64,000 nucleotides of DNA, taken from positions 1,550,001 through 1,614,000 of the forward strand of contig OZ059897.1 of NCBI GenBank assembly GCA_964057225.1. Reading direction: 5' to 3'. Source of the DNA: Auanema rhodensis. Lineage: Eukaryota > Animalia > Nematoda. The notes beneath the pieces are model-generated. The model was not told where the DNA came from and searched no databases. It saw only the letters and a list, made by a program, of their open reading frames with translations. Positions 1 to 13,996 of this stretch are shown in pieces (the first letter of the stretch is position 1; each line of letters opens with the position of its first letter). Both the position numbers and the translations under genes were made by a program.

Positions 1-90
1 TATTATAGTGCATTCGATGCGGATTTTTAAGCTGCTTCGATCTGTGTTATCAGATTTGCGCTAGCTTAAAAATGCACCGAGATATCAACT

Positions 91-112
91 GATATAAGTT
101 CACACTTATATC
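91..112. other. Perfect 9-bp inverted repeat with 4-nt spacer in the satellite A monomer (first copy given)
   Basis: gatataagt-tcac-acttatatc; it overlaps a second dyad, atatca-ac-tgatat, at 82-95. Confidence 0.9.
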
Positions 113-262
113 CTCGATTTTCACCCTGAAGAATTAATTTTTTCGTTGAATAACATTGTCCCTCGTCTTCGCCTTGAAAAAAGAAATCTAAAAACATCTA
201 CTTTTGGTAAAATTATTTTGAAATTTTTCAGGAAAATTTTTGTCAAAATGTTTTTGAAAGCA

Positions 263-290
263 ATGTTGAGTGTACATGGAAACTCAACAT
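263..290. other. Second 9-bp inverted repeat with 10-nt spacer in the satellite A monomer (first copy given)
   Basis: atgttgagt-gtacatggaa-actcaacat. Confidence 0.88.
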
Positions 291-3200
291 ACACTAATGC
301 AACATTTTTCAAACGATCATAACTAATTTTTGTATTGAGCGTTTCTTAATGTATTATAGTGCATTCGATGCGGATTTTTAAGCTGCTTCGATCTGTGTTA
401 TCAGATTTGCGCTAGCTTAAAAATGCACCGAGATATCAACTGATATAAGTTAACACTTATATCCTCGATTTTCACCCTGAAGAATTAATTTTTTCGTTGA
501 TTAACATTGTCCATCGTCTTGGCCTTGAAAAAAGGAATCTAAAAACATCTACTTTTTGTGAAATTATTTTGAAATTTTTTGGCAAAATTTTTGTCAAAAT
601 GTTTTTGAAAGCAATGTTGAGTGTACATGGAAACTCAACATACACTAATGCAACATTTTTCAAACGATCATAACTAATTTTTGTATTGAGCGTTTCTTAA
701 TGTATTATAGTGCATTCGATGCGGATTTTTAAGCTGCTTCGATCTGTGTTATCAGATTTGCGCTAGCTTAAAAATGCACCGAGATATCAACTGATATAAA
801 TTCACACTTATATCCTCGATTTTCACCCTGAAGAATTAATTTTTTCGTTGAATAACATTGTCCATCGTCTTCGCCTTGAAAAAAGAAATCTAAAAACATC
901 TACTTTTCGTAAAATTATTTTGAAATTTTTCAGGAAACTTTTGTCAAAATGTTTTTGGAAGCAATGTTGAGTGTACATGGAAACTCAACATACACTAATG
1001 CATAATTTTTTAAACAATCATAACTAATTTTTGTATTGAGCGTTTCTTAATGTATTATAGTGCATTCGATGCGGATTTTAAAGCTGCGTCGAGCTGTGTT
1101 ATCAGATTTGAGTTAGCTTAAAAATGCACCGAGATATCAACTGATATAAGTTCACACTTATATCCTCGATTTTCACCCTGAAGAATTAATTTTTTCGTTG
1201 AATAACATTGTCCATCGTCTTCGCCTTGAAAAAAGAAATCTAAAAACATCTACTTTTGGTAAAATTATTTTGAAATTTTTCAGGAAAAATTTGTCAAAAT
1301 GTTTTTGGAAGCAATGTTGAGTGTACATGGAAACTCAACATACACTAATGCAACATTTTTCAAACGATCATAACTAATTTTTGTATTGAGCGTTTCTTAA
1401 TGTATTATAGTGCATTCGATGCGGATTTTAAAGCTGCGTCGATCTGTGTTATCAGATTTGAGTTAGCTTAAAAATGCACCGAGATATCAACTGATATAAG
1501 TTCACACTTATATCCTCGATTTTCACCCTGAAGAATTAATTTTTTCGTTGAATAACATTGTCCATCGTCTTCGCCTTGAAAAAAGAAATCTAAAAACATC
1601 TACTTTTCGTAAAATTATTTTGAAATTTTTCAGGAAAATTTTTGTCAAAATGTTTTTGGAAGCAATGTTGAGTGTACATGGAAACTCAACATACACTAAT
1701 GCATAATTTTTTAAACAATCATAACTAATTTTTGTATTGAGCGTTTCTTAATGTATTATAGTGCATTCGATGCGGATTTTAAAGCTGCGTCGATCTGTGT
1801 TATCAGATTTGAGTTAGCTTAAAAATGCACCGAGATATCAACTGATATAAGTTCACACTTATATCCTCGATTTTCACCCTGAAGAATTAATTTTTTCGTT
1901 GAATAACATTGTCCATCGTCTTCGCCTTGAAAAAAGAAATCTAAAAACATCTACTTTTGGTAAAATTATTTTGAAATTTTTCAGGAAAAATTTGTCAAAA
2001 TGTTTTTGGAAGCAATGTTGAGTGTACATGGAAACTCAACATACACTAATGCATAATTTTTTAAACGATCATAACTAATTCTTGTATTGAGCGTTTCTTA
2101 ATGTATTATCGTGCATTCGAAACGGATTTTTAAGCTGCGTCGATCTGTGTTATCAGATTTGCGCTAGCTTAAAAATGCACCGAGATATCAACTGATATAA
2201 GTTCACACTTATATCCTCGATTTTCACCCTGAAGAATTAATTTTTTCGTTGATTAACATTGTCCATCGTCTTTGCCTTGAAAAAAGGAATCTAAAAACAT
2301 CTACTTTTTGTGAAATTATTTTGAAATTTTTTGGCAAAATTTTTGTCAAAATGTTTTTGAAAGCAATGTTGAGTGTACATGGAAACTCAACATACACTAA
2401 TGCAACATTTTTCAAACGATCATAACTAATTTTTGTATTGAGCGTTTCTGAATGTATTATAGTGCATTCGATGCGGATTTTTAAGCTGCTTCGATCTGTG
2501 TTATCAGATTTGCGCTAGCTTAAAAATGCACCGAGATATCAACTGATATAAGTTCACACTTATATCCTCGATTTTCACCCTGAAGAATTAATTTTTTCGT
2601 TGATTAACATTGTCCATCGTCTTTGCCTTGAAAAAAGGAATCTAAAAACATCTACTTTTCGTAAAATTATCTTGAAATTTTTCAGGAAAATTTTTGTCAA
2701 AATGTTTTTGGAACCAATGTTGAGTGTACATGGAAACTCAACATATACTAATGCATAATTTTTTAAACAATCATAACTAATTTTTGTATTGAGCGTTTCT
2801 TAATGTATTATAGTGCATTCGATGCGGATTTTTAAGCTGCGTCGATCTGTGTTATCAGATTTGAGTTAGCTTAAAAATGCACCGAGATATCAACTGATAT
2901 AAGTTCACACTTATATCCTCGATTTTCACCCTGAAGAATTAATTTTTTCGTTGAATAACATTGTCCATCGTCTTCGCCTTGAAAAAAGAAATCTAAAAAC
3001 ATCTACTTTTGGTAAAATTATTTTGAAATTTTTCAGGAAAATTTTTGTCAAAATGTTTTTGGAATCAATGTTGAGTGTACATGGAAACTCAACATACACT
3101 AATGCATCATTTTTCAAACGATCATAACTAATTTTTGTATTGAGCGTTTTTTAATGTATTATAGTGCATTCGATACGGATTTTCAAGCTGCTTCGATCTG

Positions 3201-6200
3201 TGTTATCAGATTTGCGCTAGCAAAGAAATGCACCGAGATATCAACTGATATAAGTTCACACTTATATCCTCGATTTTCACCCTGAAGAATTAATTTTTTC
3301 GTTGAATAACATTGTCCATCGTCTTCGCCTTGAAAAAAGGAATTTAAAAACATCTACTTTTCGTAAAATTATCTTGAAATTTTTCAGGAAAATTTTTGTC
3401 AAAATGTTTTTGGAAGCAATGTTGAGTGTACATGGAAACTCAACATATACTAATGCATAATTTTTTAAACAATCATAACTAATTTTTGTATTGAGCGTTT
3501 CTTAATGTATTATAGTGCATTCGATGCGGATTTTTAAGCTGCGTCGATCTGTGTTATCAGATTTGAGTTAGCTTAAAAATGCACCGAGATATCAACTGAT
3601 ATAAGTTCACACTTATATCCTCGATTTTCACCCTGAAGAATTAATTTTTTCGTTGAATAACATTGTCCATCGTCTTCGCTTTGAAAAAAGAAATCTAAAA
3701 ACATCTACTTTTGGTAAAATTATTTTGAAATTTTTCAGGAAAATTTTTGTCAAAATGTTTTTGGAATCAATGTTGAGTGTACATGGAAACTCAACATACA
3801 CTAATGCATAATTTTTTAAACGATCATAACTAATTTTTGTATTGAGCGTTTCTTAATGTATTATAGTGCATTCGATGCGAATTTTTAAGCTGCGTCGATC
3901 TGTGTTATCAGATTTGAGTTAGCTTAAAAATGCACCGAGATATCAACTGATATAAGTTCACACTTATATCCTCGATTTTCACCCTGAAGAATTAATTTTT
4001 TCGTTGAATAACATTGTCCATCGTCTTCGCCTTGAAAAAAGAAATCTAAAAACATCTACTTTTGGTAAAATTATTTTGAAATTTTTCAGGAAAATTTTTG
4101 TCAAAATGTTTTTGGAATCAATGTTGAGTGTACATGGAAACTCAACATACACTAATGCATCATTTTTCAAACGATCATAACTAATTTTTGTATTGAGCGT
4201 TTTTTAATGTATTATAGTGCATTCGATACGGATTTTTAAGCTGCTTCGATCTGTGTTATCAGATTTGCGCTAGCAAAGAAATGCACCGAGATATCAACTG
4301 ATATAAGTTCACACTTATATCCTCGATTTTCACCCTGAAGAATTAATTTTTTCGTTGAATAACATTGTCCATCGTCTTCGCCTTGAAAAAAGGAATTTAA
4401 AAACATCTACTTTTCGTAAAATTATCTTGAAATTTTTCAGGAAAATTTTTGTCAAAATGTTTTTGGAAGCAATGTTGAGTGTACATGGAAACTCAACATA
4501 TACTAATGCATAATTTTTTAAACAATCATAACTAATTTTTGTATTGAGCGTTTCTTAATGTATTATAGTGCATTCGATGCGGATTTTTAAGCTGCGTCGA
4601 TCTGTGTTATCAGATTTGAGTTAGCTTAAAAATGCACCGAGATATCAACTGATATAAGTTCACACTTATATCCTCGATTTTCACCCTGAAGAATTAATTT
4701 TTTCGTTGAATAACATTGTCCATCGTCTTCGCCTTGAAAAAAGAAATCTAAAAACATCTACTTTTGGTAAAATTATTTTGAAATTTTTCAGGAAAATTTT
4801 TGTCAAAATGTTTTTGGAATCAATGTTGAGTGTACATGGAAACTCAACATACACTAATGCATAATTTTTTAAACGATCATAACTAATTCTTGTATTGAGC
4901 GTTTCTTAATGTATTATAGTGCATTCGATGCGGATTTTTAAGCTGCGTCGATCTGTGTTATCAGATTTGCGCTAGCAAAGAAATGCACCGAGATATCAAC
5001 TGATATAAGTTCACACTTATATCCTCGATTTTCACCCTGAAGAATTAATTTTTTCGTTGAATAACATTGTCCATCGTCTTCGCCTTGAAAAAAGGAATTT
5101 AAAAACATCTACTTTTCGTGAAATTATTTTGAAATTTTTCAGGAAAATTTTTGTCCAAATGTTTTTGGAATCAATGTTGAGTGTACATGGAAACTCAACA
5201 TACACTAATGCATAATTTTTTAAACGATCATAACTAATTCTTGTATTGAGCGTTTCTTAATGTATTATCGTGCATTCGAAACGGATTTTTAAGCTGCGTC
5301 GATCTGTGTTATCAGATTTGCGCTAGCTTAAAAATGCACCGAGATATCAACTGATATAAGTTAACACTTATATCCTCGATTTTCACCCTGAAGAATTAAT
5401 TTTTTCGTTGATTAACATTGTCCATCGTCTTGGCCTTGAAAAAAGGAATCTAAAAACATCTACTTTTTGTGAAATTATTTTGAAATTTTTTGGCAAAATT
5501 TTTGTCAAAATGTTTTTGAAAGCAATGTTGAGTGTACATGGAAACTCAACATACACTAATGCAACATTTTTCAAACGATCATAACTAATTTTTGTATTGA
5601 GCGTTTCTTAATGTATTATAGTGCATTCGATGCGGATTTTTAAGCTGCTTCGATCTGTGTTATCAGATTTGCGCTAGCTTAAAAATGCACCGAGATATCA
5701 ACTGATATAAGTTCACACTTATATCCTCGATTTTCACCCTGAAGAATTAATTTTTTCGTTGATTAACATTGTACATCGTCTTTGCCTTGAAAAAAGGAAT
5801 CTAAAAACATCTACTTTTTGTGAAATTATTTTGAAATTTTTTGGCAAAATTTTTGTCAAAATGTTTTTGAAAGCAATGTTGAGTGTACATGGAAACTCAA
5901 CATACACTAATGCAACATTTTTCAAACGATCATAACTAATTTTTGTATTGAGCGTTTCTGAATGTATTATAGTGCATTCGATGCGGATTTTTAAGCTGCT
6001 TCGATCTGTGTTATCAGATTTGCGCTAGCTTAAAAATGCACCGAGATATCAACTGATATAAGTTCACACTTATATCCTCGATTTTCACCCTGAAGAATTA
6101 ATTTTTTCGTTGAATAACATTGTTCATCGTCTTCGCCTTGAAAAAAGAAATCTAAAAACATCTACTTTTGGTAAAATTATTTTGAAATTTTTCAGGAAAA

Positions 6201-9200
6201 TTTTTGTCAAAATGTTTTTGGAAGCAATGTTGAGTGTACATGGAAACTCAACATACACTAATGCATAATTTTTTAAACGATCATAACTAATTTTTGTATT
6301 GAGCGTTTCTTAATGTATTATAGTGCATTCGATGCGGATTTTTAAGCTGCGTCGATCTGTGTTATCAGATTTGCGCTAGCTTAGAAATGCACCGAGATAT
6401 CAACTGATATAAGTTCACACTTATATCCTCGATTTTCACCCTGAAGAATTAATTTTTTCGTTGAATAACATTGTCCATCGTCTTCGCCTTGAAAAAAGGA
6501 ATTTAAAAACATCTACTTTTCGTGAAATTATTTTGAAATTTTTCGGGAAAATTTTTGTCAAAATGTTTTTGGAAGCAATGTTGAGTGTACATGGAAACTC
6601 AACATACACTAATGCATAATTTTTTAAACGATCATAACTAATTCTTGTATTGAGCGTTTCTTAATGTATTATCGTGCATTCGAAACGGATTTTTAAGCTG
6701 CGTCGATCTGTGTTATCAGATTTGCGCTAGCTTAAAAATGCACCGAGATATCAACTGATATAAGTTCACACTTATATCCTCGATTTTCACCCTGAAGAAT
6801 TAATTTTTTCGTTGATTAACATTGTCCATCGTCTTCGCCTTGAAAAAAGGAATTCAAAAACATCTACTTTTCGTGAAATTATTTTGAAATTTTTCAGGAA
6901 AATTTTTGTCAAAATGTTTTTGGAACCAATGTTGAGTGTACATGGAAACTCAACATATACTAATGCATAATTTTTTAAACAATCATAACTAATTTTTGTA
7001 TTGAGCGTTTCTTAATGTATTATAGTGCATTCGATACGGATTTTTAAGCTGCTTCGATCTGTGTTATCAGATTTGAGTTAGCTTAAAAATGCACCGAGAT
7101 ATCAACTGATATAAGTTCACACTTATATCCTCGATTTTCACCCTGAAGAATTAATTTTTTCGTTGAATAACATTGTCCATCGTCTTCGCCTTGAAAAAAA
7201 AAATCTAAAAACATCTACTTTTGGTAAAATTATTTTGAAATTTTTCAGGAAAATTTTTGTCAAAATGTTTTTGGAATCAATGTTGAGTGTACATGGAAAC
7301 TCAACATACACTAATGCATCATTTTTCAAACGATCATAACTAATTTTTGTATTGAGCGTTTTTTAATGTATTATAGTGCATTCGATACGGATTTTTAAGC
7401 TGCTTCGATCTGTGTTATCAGATTTGCGCTAGCAAAGAAATGCACCGAGATATCAACTGATATAAGTTCACACTTATATCCTCGATTTTCACCCTGAAGA
7501 ATTAATTTTTTCGTTGAATAACATTGTCCATCGTCTTCGCTTTGAAAAAAGGAATTTAAAAACATCTACTTTTCGTAAAATTATCTTGAAATTTTTCAGG
7601 AAAATTTTTGTCAAAATGTTTTTGGAAGCAATGTTGAGTGTACATGGAAACTCAACATATACTAATGCATAATTTTTTAAACAATCATAACTAATTTTTG
7701 TATTGAGCGTTTCTTAATGTATTATAGTGCATTCGATACGGATTTTTAAGCTGCTTCGATCTGTGTTATCAGATTTGAGTTAGCTTAAAAATGCACCGAG
7801 ATATCAACTGATATAAGTTCACACTTATATCCTCGATTTTCACCCTGAAGAATTAATTTTTTCGTTGAATAACATTGTCCATCGTCTTCGCCTTGAAAAA
7901 AAAAATCTAAAAACATCTACTTTTGGTAAAATTATTTTGAAATTTTTCAGGAAAATTTTTGTCAAAATGTTTTTGGAATCAATGTTGAGTGTACATGGAA
8001 ACTCAACATACACTAATGCATCATTTTTCAAACGATCATAACTAATTTTTGTATTGAGCGTTTTTTAATGTATTATAGTGCATTCGATACGGATTTTTAA
8101 GCTGCTTCGATCTGTGTTATCAGATTTGCGCTAGCAAAGAAATGCACCGAGATATCAACTGATATAAGTTCACACTTATATCCTCGATTTTCACCCTGAA
8201 GAATTAATTTTTTCGTTGAATAACATTGTCCATCGTCTTCGCTTTGAAAAAAGGAATTTAAAAACATCTACTTTTCGTAAAATTATCTTGAAATTTTTCA
8301 GGAAAATTTTTGTCAAAATGTTTTTGGAAGCAATGTTGAGTGTACATGGAAACTCAACATATACTAATGCATAATTTTTTAAACAATCATAACTAATTTT
8401 TGTATTGAGCGTTTCTTAATGTACTATAGTGCATTCGATGCGGATTTTCAAGCTGCGTCGATCTGTGTTATCAGATTTGAGTTAGCTTAAAAATGCACCG
8501 AGATATCAACTGATATAAGTTCACACTTATATCCTCGATTTTCACCCTGAAGAATTAATTTTTTCGTTGAATAACATTGTCCATCGTCTTCGCCTTGAAA
8601 AAAGGAATTTCAAAACATCTACTATTTGTGAAATTATTTTGAAATTTTTCGGGAAAATTTTTGTCAAAATGTTTTTGGAAGCAATGTTGAGTGTACATGG
8701 AAACTCAACATACACTAATGCATAATTTTTTAAACGATCATAACTAATTCTTGTATTGAGCGTTTCTTAATGTATTATCGTGCATTCGAAACGGATTTTT
8801 AAGCTGCGTCGATCTGTGTTATCAGATTTGCGCTAGCTTAAAAATGCACCGAGATATCAACTGATATAAGTTCACACTTATATCCTCGATTTTCACCTTG
8901 AAGAATCAATTTTTTCGTTGATTAACATTGTCCATCGTCTTTGCCTTGAAAAAAGGAATCTAAAAACATCTACTTTTCGTAAAATTATCTTGAAATTTCT
9001 CAGGAAAATTTTTGTCAAAATGTTTTTGGAAGCAATGTTGAGTGTACATGGAAACTCAACATACACTAATGCATAATTTTTTAAACAATCATAACTAATT
9101 TTTGTATTGAGCGTTTTTTAATGTATTATAGTGCATTCGATACGGATTTTTAAGCTGCTTCGATCTGTGTTATCAGATTTGCGCTAGCAAAGAAATGCAC

Positions 9201-12200
9201 CGAGATATCAACTGATATAAGTTCACACTTATATCCTCGATTTTCACCCTGAAGAATTAATTTTTTCGTTGAATAACATTGTCCATCGTCTTCGCCTTGA
9301 AAAAAGGAATTTAAAAACATCTACTTTTCGTAAAATTATCTTGAAATTTTTCAGGAAAATTTTTGTCAAAATGTTTTTGGAAGCAATGTTGAGTGTACAT
9401 GGAAACTCAACATATACTAATGCATAATTTTTTAAACAATCATAACTAATTTTTGTATTGAGCGTTTCTTAATGTACTATAGTGCATTCGATGCGGATTT
9501 TTAAGCTGCGTCGATCTGTGTTATCAGATTTGAGTTAGCGTAAAAATGCACCGAGATATCAACTGATATAAGTTCACACTTATATCCTCGATTTTCACCC
9601 TGAAGAATTAATTTTTTCGTTGAATAACATTGTCCATCGTCTTCGCCTTGAAAAAAGGAATTTCAAAACATCTACTATTTGTGAAATTATTTTGAAATTT
9701 TTCGGGAAAATTTTTGTCAAAATGTTTTTGGAAGCAATGTTGAGTGTACATGGAAACTCAACATACACTAATGCATAATTTTTTAAACGATCATAACTAA
9801 TTCTTGTATTGAGCGTTTCTTAATGTATTATCGTGCATTCGAAACGGATTTTTAAGCTGCGTCGATCTGTGTTATCAGATTTGCGCTAGCTTAAAAATGC
9901 ACCGAGATATCAACTGATATAAGTTCACACTTATATCCTCGATTTTCACCCTGAAGAATTAATTTTTTCGTTGATTAACATTGTACATCGTCTTCGCCTT
10001 GAGAAAAGGAATTTAAAAACATCTACTTTTCGTGAAATTATTTTGAAATTTTTCAGGAAAATTTTTGTCAAAATGTTTTTGGAATCAATGTTGAGTGTAC
10101 ATGGAAACGCAACATACACTAATGCATCATTTTTCAAACGATCATAACTAATTTTTGTATTGAGCGTTTCTTAATGTATTATAGTGCATTCGATGCGGAT
10201 TTTTAAGCTGCGTCGATCTGTGTTATCAGATTTGAGTTAGCTTAAAAATGCACCGAGATATCAACTGATATAAGTTCACACTTATATCCTCGATTTTCAC
10301 CCTGAAGAATTAATTTTCTCGTTGATTAACATTGTCCATCGTCTTTGCCTTGAAAAAAGGAATCTAAAAACATCTACTTTTCGTAAAATTATCTTGAAAT
10401 TTCTCAGGAAAATTTTTGTCAAAATGTTTTTGGAAGCAATGTTGAGTGTACATGGAAACTCAACATACACTAATGCATAATTTTTTAAACAATCATAACT
10501 AATTTTTGTATTGAGCGTTTCTTAATGTATTATAGTGCATTCGATGCGGATTTTTAAGCTGCGTCGATCTGTGTTATCAGATTTGAGTTAGCTTAAAAAT
10601 GCACCGAGATATCAACTGATATAAGTTCACACTTATATCCTCGATTTTCACCCTGAAGAATTAATTTTTTCGTTGAATAACATTGTCCATCGTCTTCGCT
10701 TTGAAAAAAGGAATTTAAAAACATCTACTTTTCGTAAAATTATCTTGAAATTTTTCAGGAAAATTTTTGTCAAAATGTTTTTGGAAGCAATGTTGAGTGT
10801 ACATGGAAACTCAACATATACTAATGCATAATTTTTTAAACAATCATAACTAATTTTTGTATTGAGCGTTTCTTAATGTACTATAGTGCATTCGATGCGG
10901 ATTTTTAAGCTGCGTCGATCTGTGTTATCAGATTTGAGTTAGCTTAAAAATGCACCGAGATATCAACTGATATAAGTTCACACTTATATCCTCGATTTTC
11001 ACCCTGAAGAATTAATTTTTTCGTTGAATAACATTGTCCATCGTCTTCGCCTTGAAAAAAGGAATTTCAAAACATCTACTATTTGTGAAATTATTTTGAA
11101 ATTTTTCAGGAAAATTTTTGTCAAAATGTTTTTGGAAGCAATGTTGAGTGTACATGGAAACTCAACATACACTAATGCATAATTTTTTAAACGATCATAA
11201 CTAATTCTTGTATTGAGCGTTTCTTAATGTATTATCGTGCATTCGAAACGGATTTTTAAGCTGCGTCGATCTGTGTTATCAGATTTGCGCTAGCTTAAAA
11301 ATGCACCGAGATATCAACTGATATAAGTTCACACTTATATCCTCGATTTTCACCTTGAAGAATTAATTTGTTCGTTGATTAACATTGTACATCGTCTTCG
11401 CCTTGAAAAAAGGAATTTAAAAACATCTACTTTTCGTGAAATTATTTTGAAATTTTTCAGGAAAATTTTTGTCAAAATGTTTTTGGAATCAATGTTGAGT
11501 GTACATGGAAACGCAACATACACTAATGCATCATTTTTCAAACGATCATAACTAATTTTTGTATTGAGCGTTTCTTAATGTATTATAGTGCATTCGATGC
11601 GGATTTTTAAGCTGCGTCGATCTGTGTTATCAGATTTGAGTTAGCTTAAAAATGCACCGAGATATCAACTGATATAAGTTCACACTTATATCCTCGATTT
11701 TCACCCTGAAGAATTAATTTTCTCGTTGATTAACATTGTCCATCGTCTTTGCCTTGAAAAAAGGAATCTAAAAACATCTACTTTTCGTAAAATTATCTTG
11801 AAATTTCTCAGGAAAATTTTTGTCAAAATGTTTTTGGAAGCAATGTTGAGTGTACATGGAAACTCAACATACACTAATGCATAATTTTTTAAACAATCAT
11901 AACTAATTTTTGTATTGAGCGTTTCTTAATGTATTATAGTGCATTCGATGCGGATTTTTAAGCTGCGTCGATCTGTGTTATCAGATTTGAGTTAGCTTAA
12001 AAATGCACCGAGATATCAACTGATATAAGTTCACACTTATATCCTCGATTTTCACCCTGAAGAATTAATTTTTTCGTTGAATAACATTGTCCATCGTCTT
12101 CGCCTTGAAAAAAGAAATCTAAAAACATCTACTTTTGGTAAAATTATTTTGAAATTTTTCAGGAAAATTTTTGTCAAAATGTTTTTGGAATCAATGTTGA

Positions 12201-13996
12201 GTGTACATGGAAACTCAACATACACTAATGCATCATTTTTCAAACGATCATAACTAATTTTTGTATTGAGCGTTTTTTAATGTATTATAGTGCATTCGAT
12301 ACGGATTTTTAAGCTGCTTCGATCTGTGTTATCAGATTTGCGCTAGCAAAGAAATGCACCGAGATATCAACTGATATAAGTTCACACTTATATCCTCGAT
12401 TTTCACCCTGAAGAATTAATTTTTTCGTTGAATAACATTGTCCATCGTCTTCGCCTTGAAAAAAGAAATCTAAAAACATCTACTTTTGGTAAAATTATTT
12501 TGAAATTTTTCAGGAAAATTTTTGTCAAAATGTTTTTGGAATCAATGTTGAGTGTACATGGAAACTCAACATACACTAATGCATAATTTTTTAAACGATC
12601 ATAACTAATTCTTGTATTGAGCGTTTCTTAATGTATTATAGTGCATTCGATGCGGATTTTTAAGCTGCGTCGATCTGTGTTATCAGATTTGCGCTAGCAA
12701 AGAAATGCACCGAGATATCAACTGATATAAGTTCACACTTATATCCTCGATTTTCACCCTGAAGAATTAATTTTTTCGTTGAATAACATTGTTCATCGTC
12801 TTCGCCTTGAAAAAAGGAATTTAAAAACATCTACTTTTCGTAAAATTATCTTGAAATTTTTCAGGAAAATTTTTGTCCAAATGTTTTTGGAATCAATGTT
12901 GAGTGTACATGGAAACTCAACATACACTAATGCATAATTTTTTAAACGATCATAACTAATTCTTGTATTGAGCGTTTCTTAATGTATTATCGTGCATTCG
13001 AAACGGATTTTTAAGCTGCGTCGATCTGTGTTATCAGATTTGCGCTAGCTTAAAAATGCACCGAGATATCAACTGATATAAGTTAACACTTATATCCTCG
13101 ATTTTCACCCTGAAGAATTAATTTTTTCGTTGATTAACATTGTCCATCGTCTTGGCCTTGAAAAAAGGAATCTAAAAACATCTACTTTTTGTGAAATTAT
13201 TTTGAAATTTTTTGGCAAAATTTTTGTCAAAATGTTTTTGAAAGCAATGTTGAGTGTACATGGAAACTCAACATACACTAATGCAACATTTTTCAAACGA
13301 TCATAACTAATTTTTGTATTGAGCGTTTCTTAATGTATTATAGTGCATTCGATGCGGATTTTTAAGCTGCTTCGATCTGTGTTATCAGATTTGCGCTAGC
13401 TTAAAAATGCACCGAGATATCAACTGATATAAGTTCACACTTATATCCTCGATTTTCACCCTGAAGAATTAATTTTTTCGTTGATTAACATTGTACATCG
13501 TCTTTGCCTTGAAAAAAGGAATCTAAAAACATCTACTTTTTGTGAAATTATTTTGAAATTTTTTGGCAAAATTTTTGTCAAAATGTTTTTGAAAGCAATG
13601 TTGAGTGTACATGGAAACTCAACATACACTAATGCAACATTTTTCAAACGATCATAACTAATTTTTGTATTGAGCGTTTCTGAATGTATTATAGTGCATT
13701 CGATGCGGATTTTTAAGCTGCTTCGATCTGTGTTATCAGATTTGCGCTAGCTTAAAAATGCACCGAAATATCAACTGATATAAGTTCACACTTATATCCT
13801 CGATTTTCACCCTGAAGAATTAATTTTTTCGTTGAATAACATTGTTCATCGTCTTCGCCTTGAAAAAAGAAATCTAAAAACATCTACTTTTGGTAAAATT
13901 ATTTTGAAATTTTTCAGGAAAATTTTTGTCAAAATGTTTTTGGAAGCAATGTTGAGTGTACATGGAAACTCAACATACACTAATGCATAATTTTTT

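Noticed and set aside
50-66. Common ancestry of satellites A and B (tcagatttgcgctagct versus tcagtttgctgctctagct)
   Set aside because: The similarity is short, needs gaps and does not extend. I also could not see the 351-bp unit as a dimer of about 175-bp halves.
8-80. tRNA gene or tRNA-derived unit (7-bp closing stem, about 70 nt)
   Set aside because: There is no T-arm or B-box (GTTCRA) in the right position, the putative anticodon loop is not 7 nt, and common variants break the stems.
126-182. Hammerhead ribozyme (ctgaaga matches CUGANGA, with a later gaaa), as known from some animal satellites
   Set aside because: I could not build a stem II between CUGAAGA and GAAA, or stems I/III with an NUH site. 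An Infernal or RNAmotif search would be decisive.
263-290. Intrinsic terminator or selected RNA hairpin
   Set aside because: There is no gene context and the stem is AT-rich. Common variants (aaacgcaac, gagcgtac) break the pairing with no compensatory change.
1-351. Assignment to a named satellite family (e.g. Drosophila 1.688 or tenebrionid ~350-360-bp satellites) or to 5S rDNA
   Set aside because: Only length and AT content are similar; I recognise no sequence match. A database search is needed.
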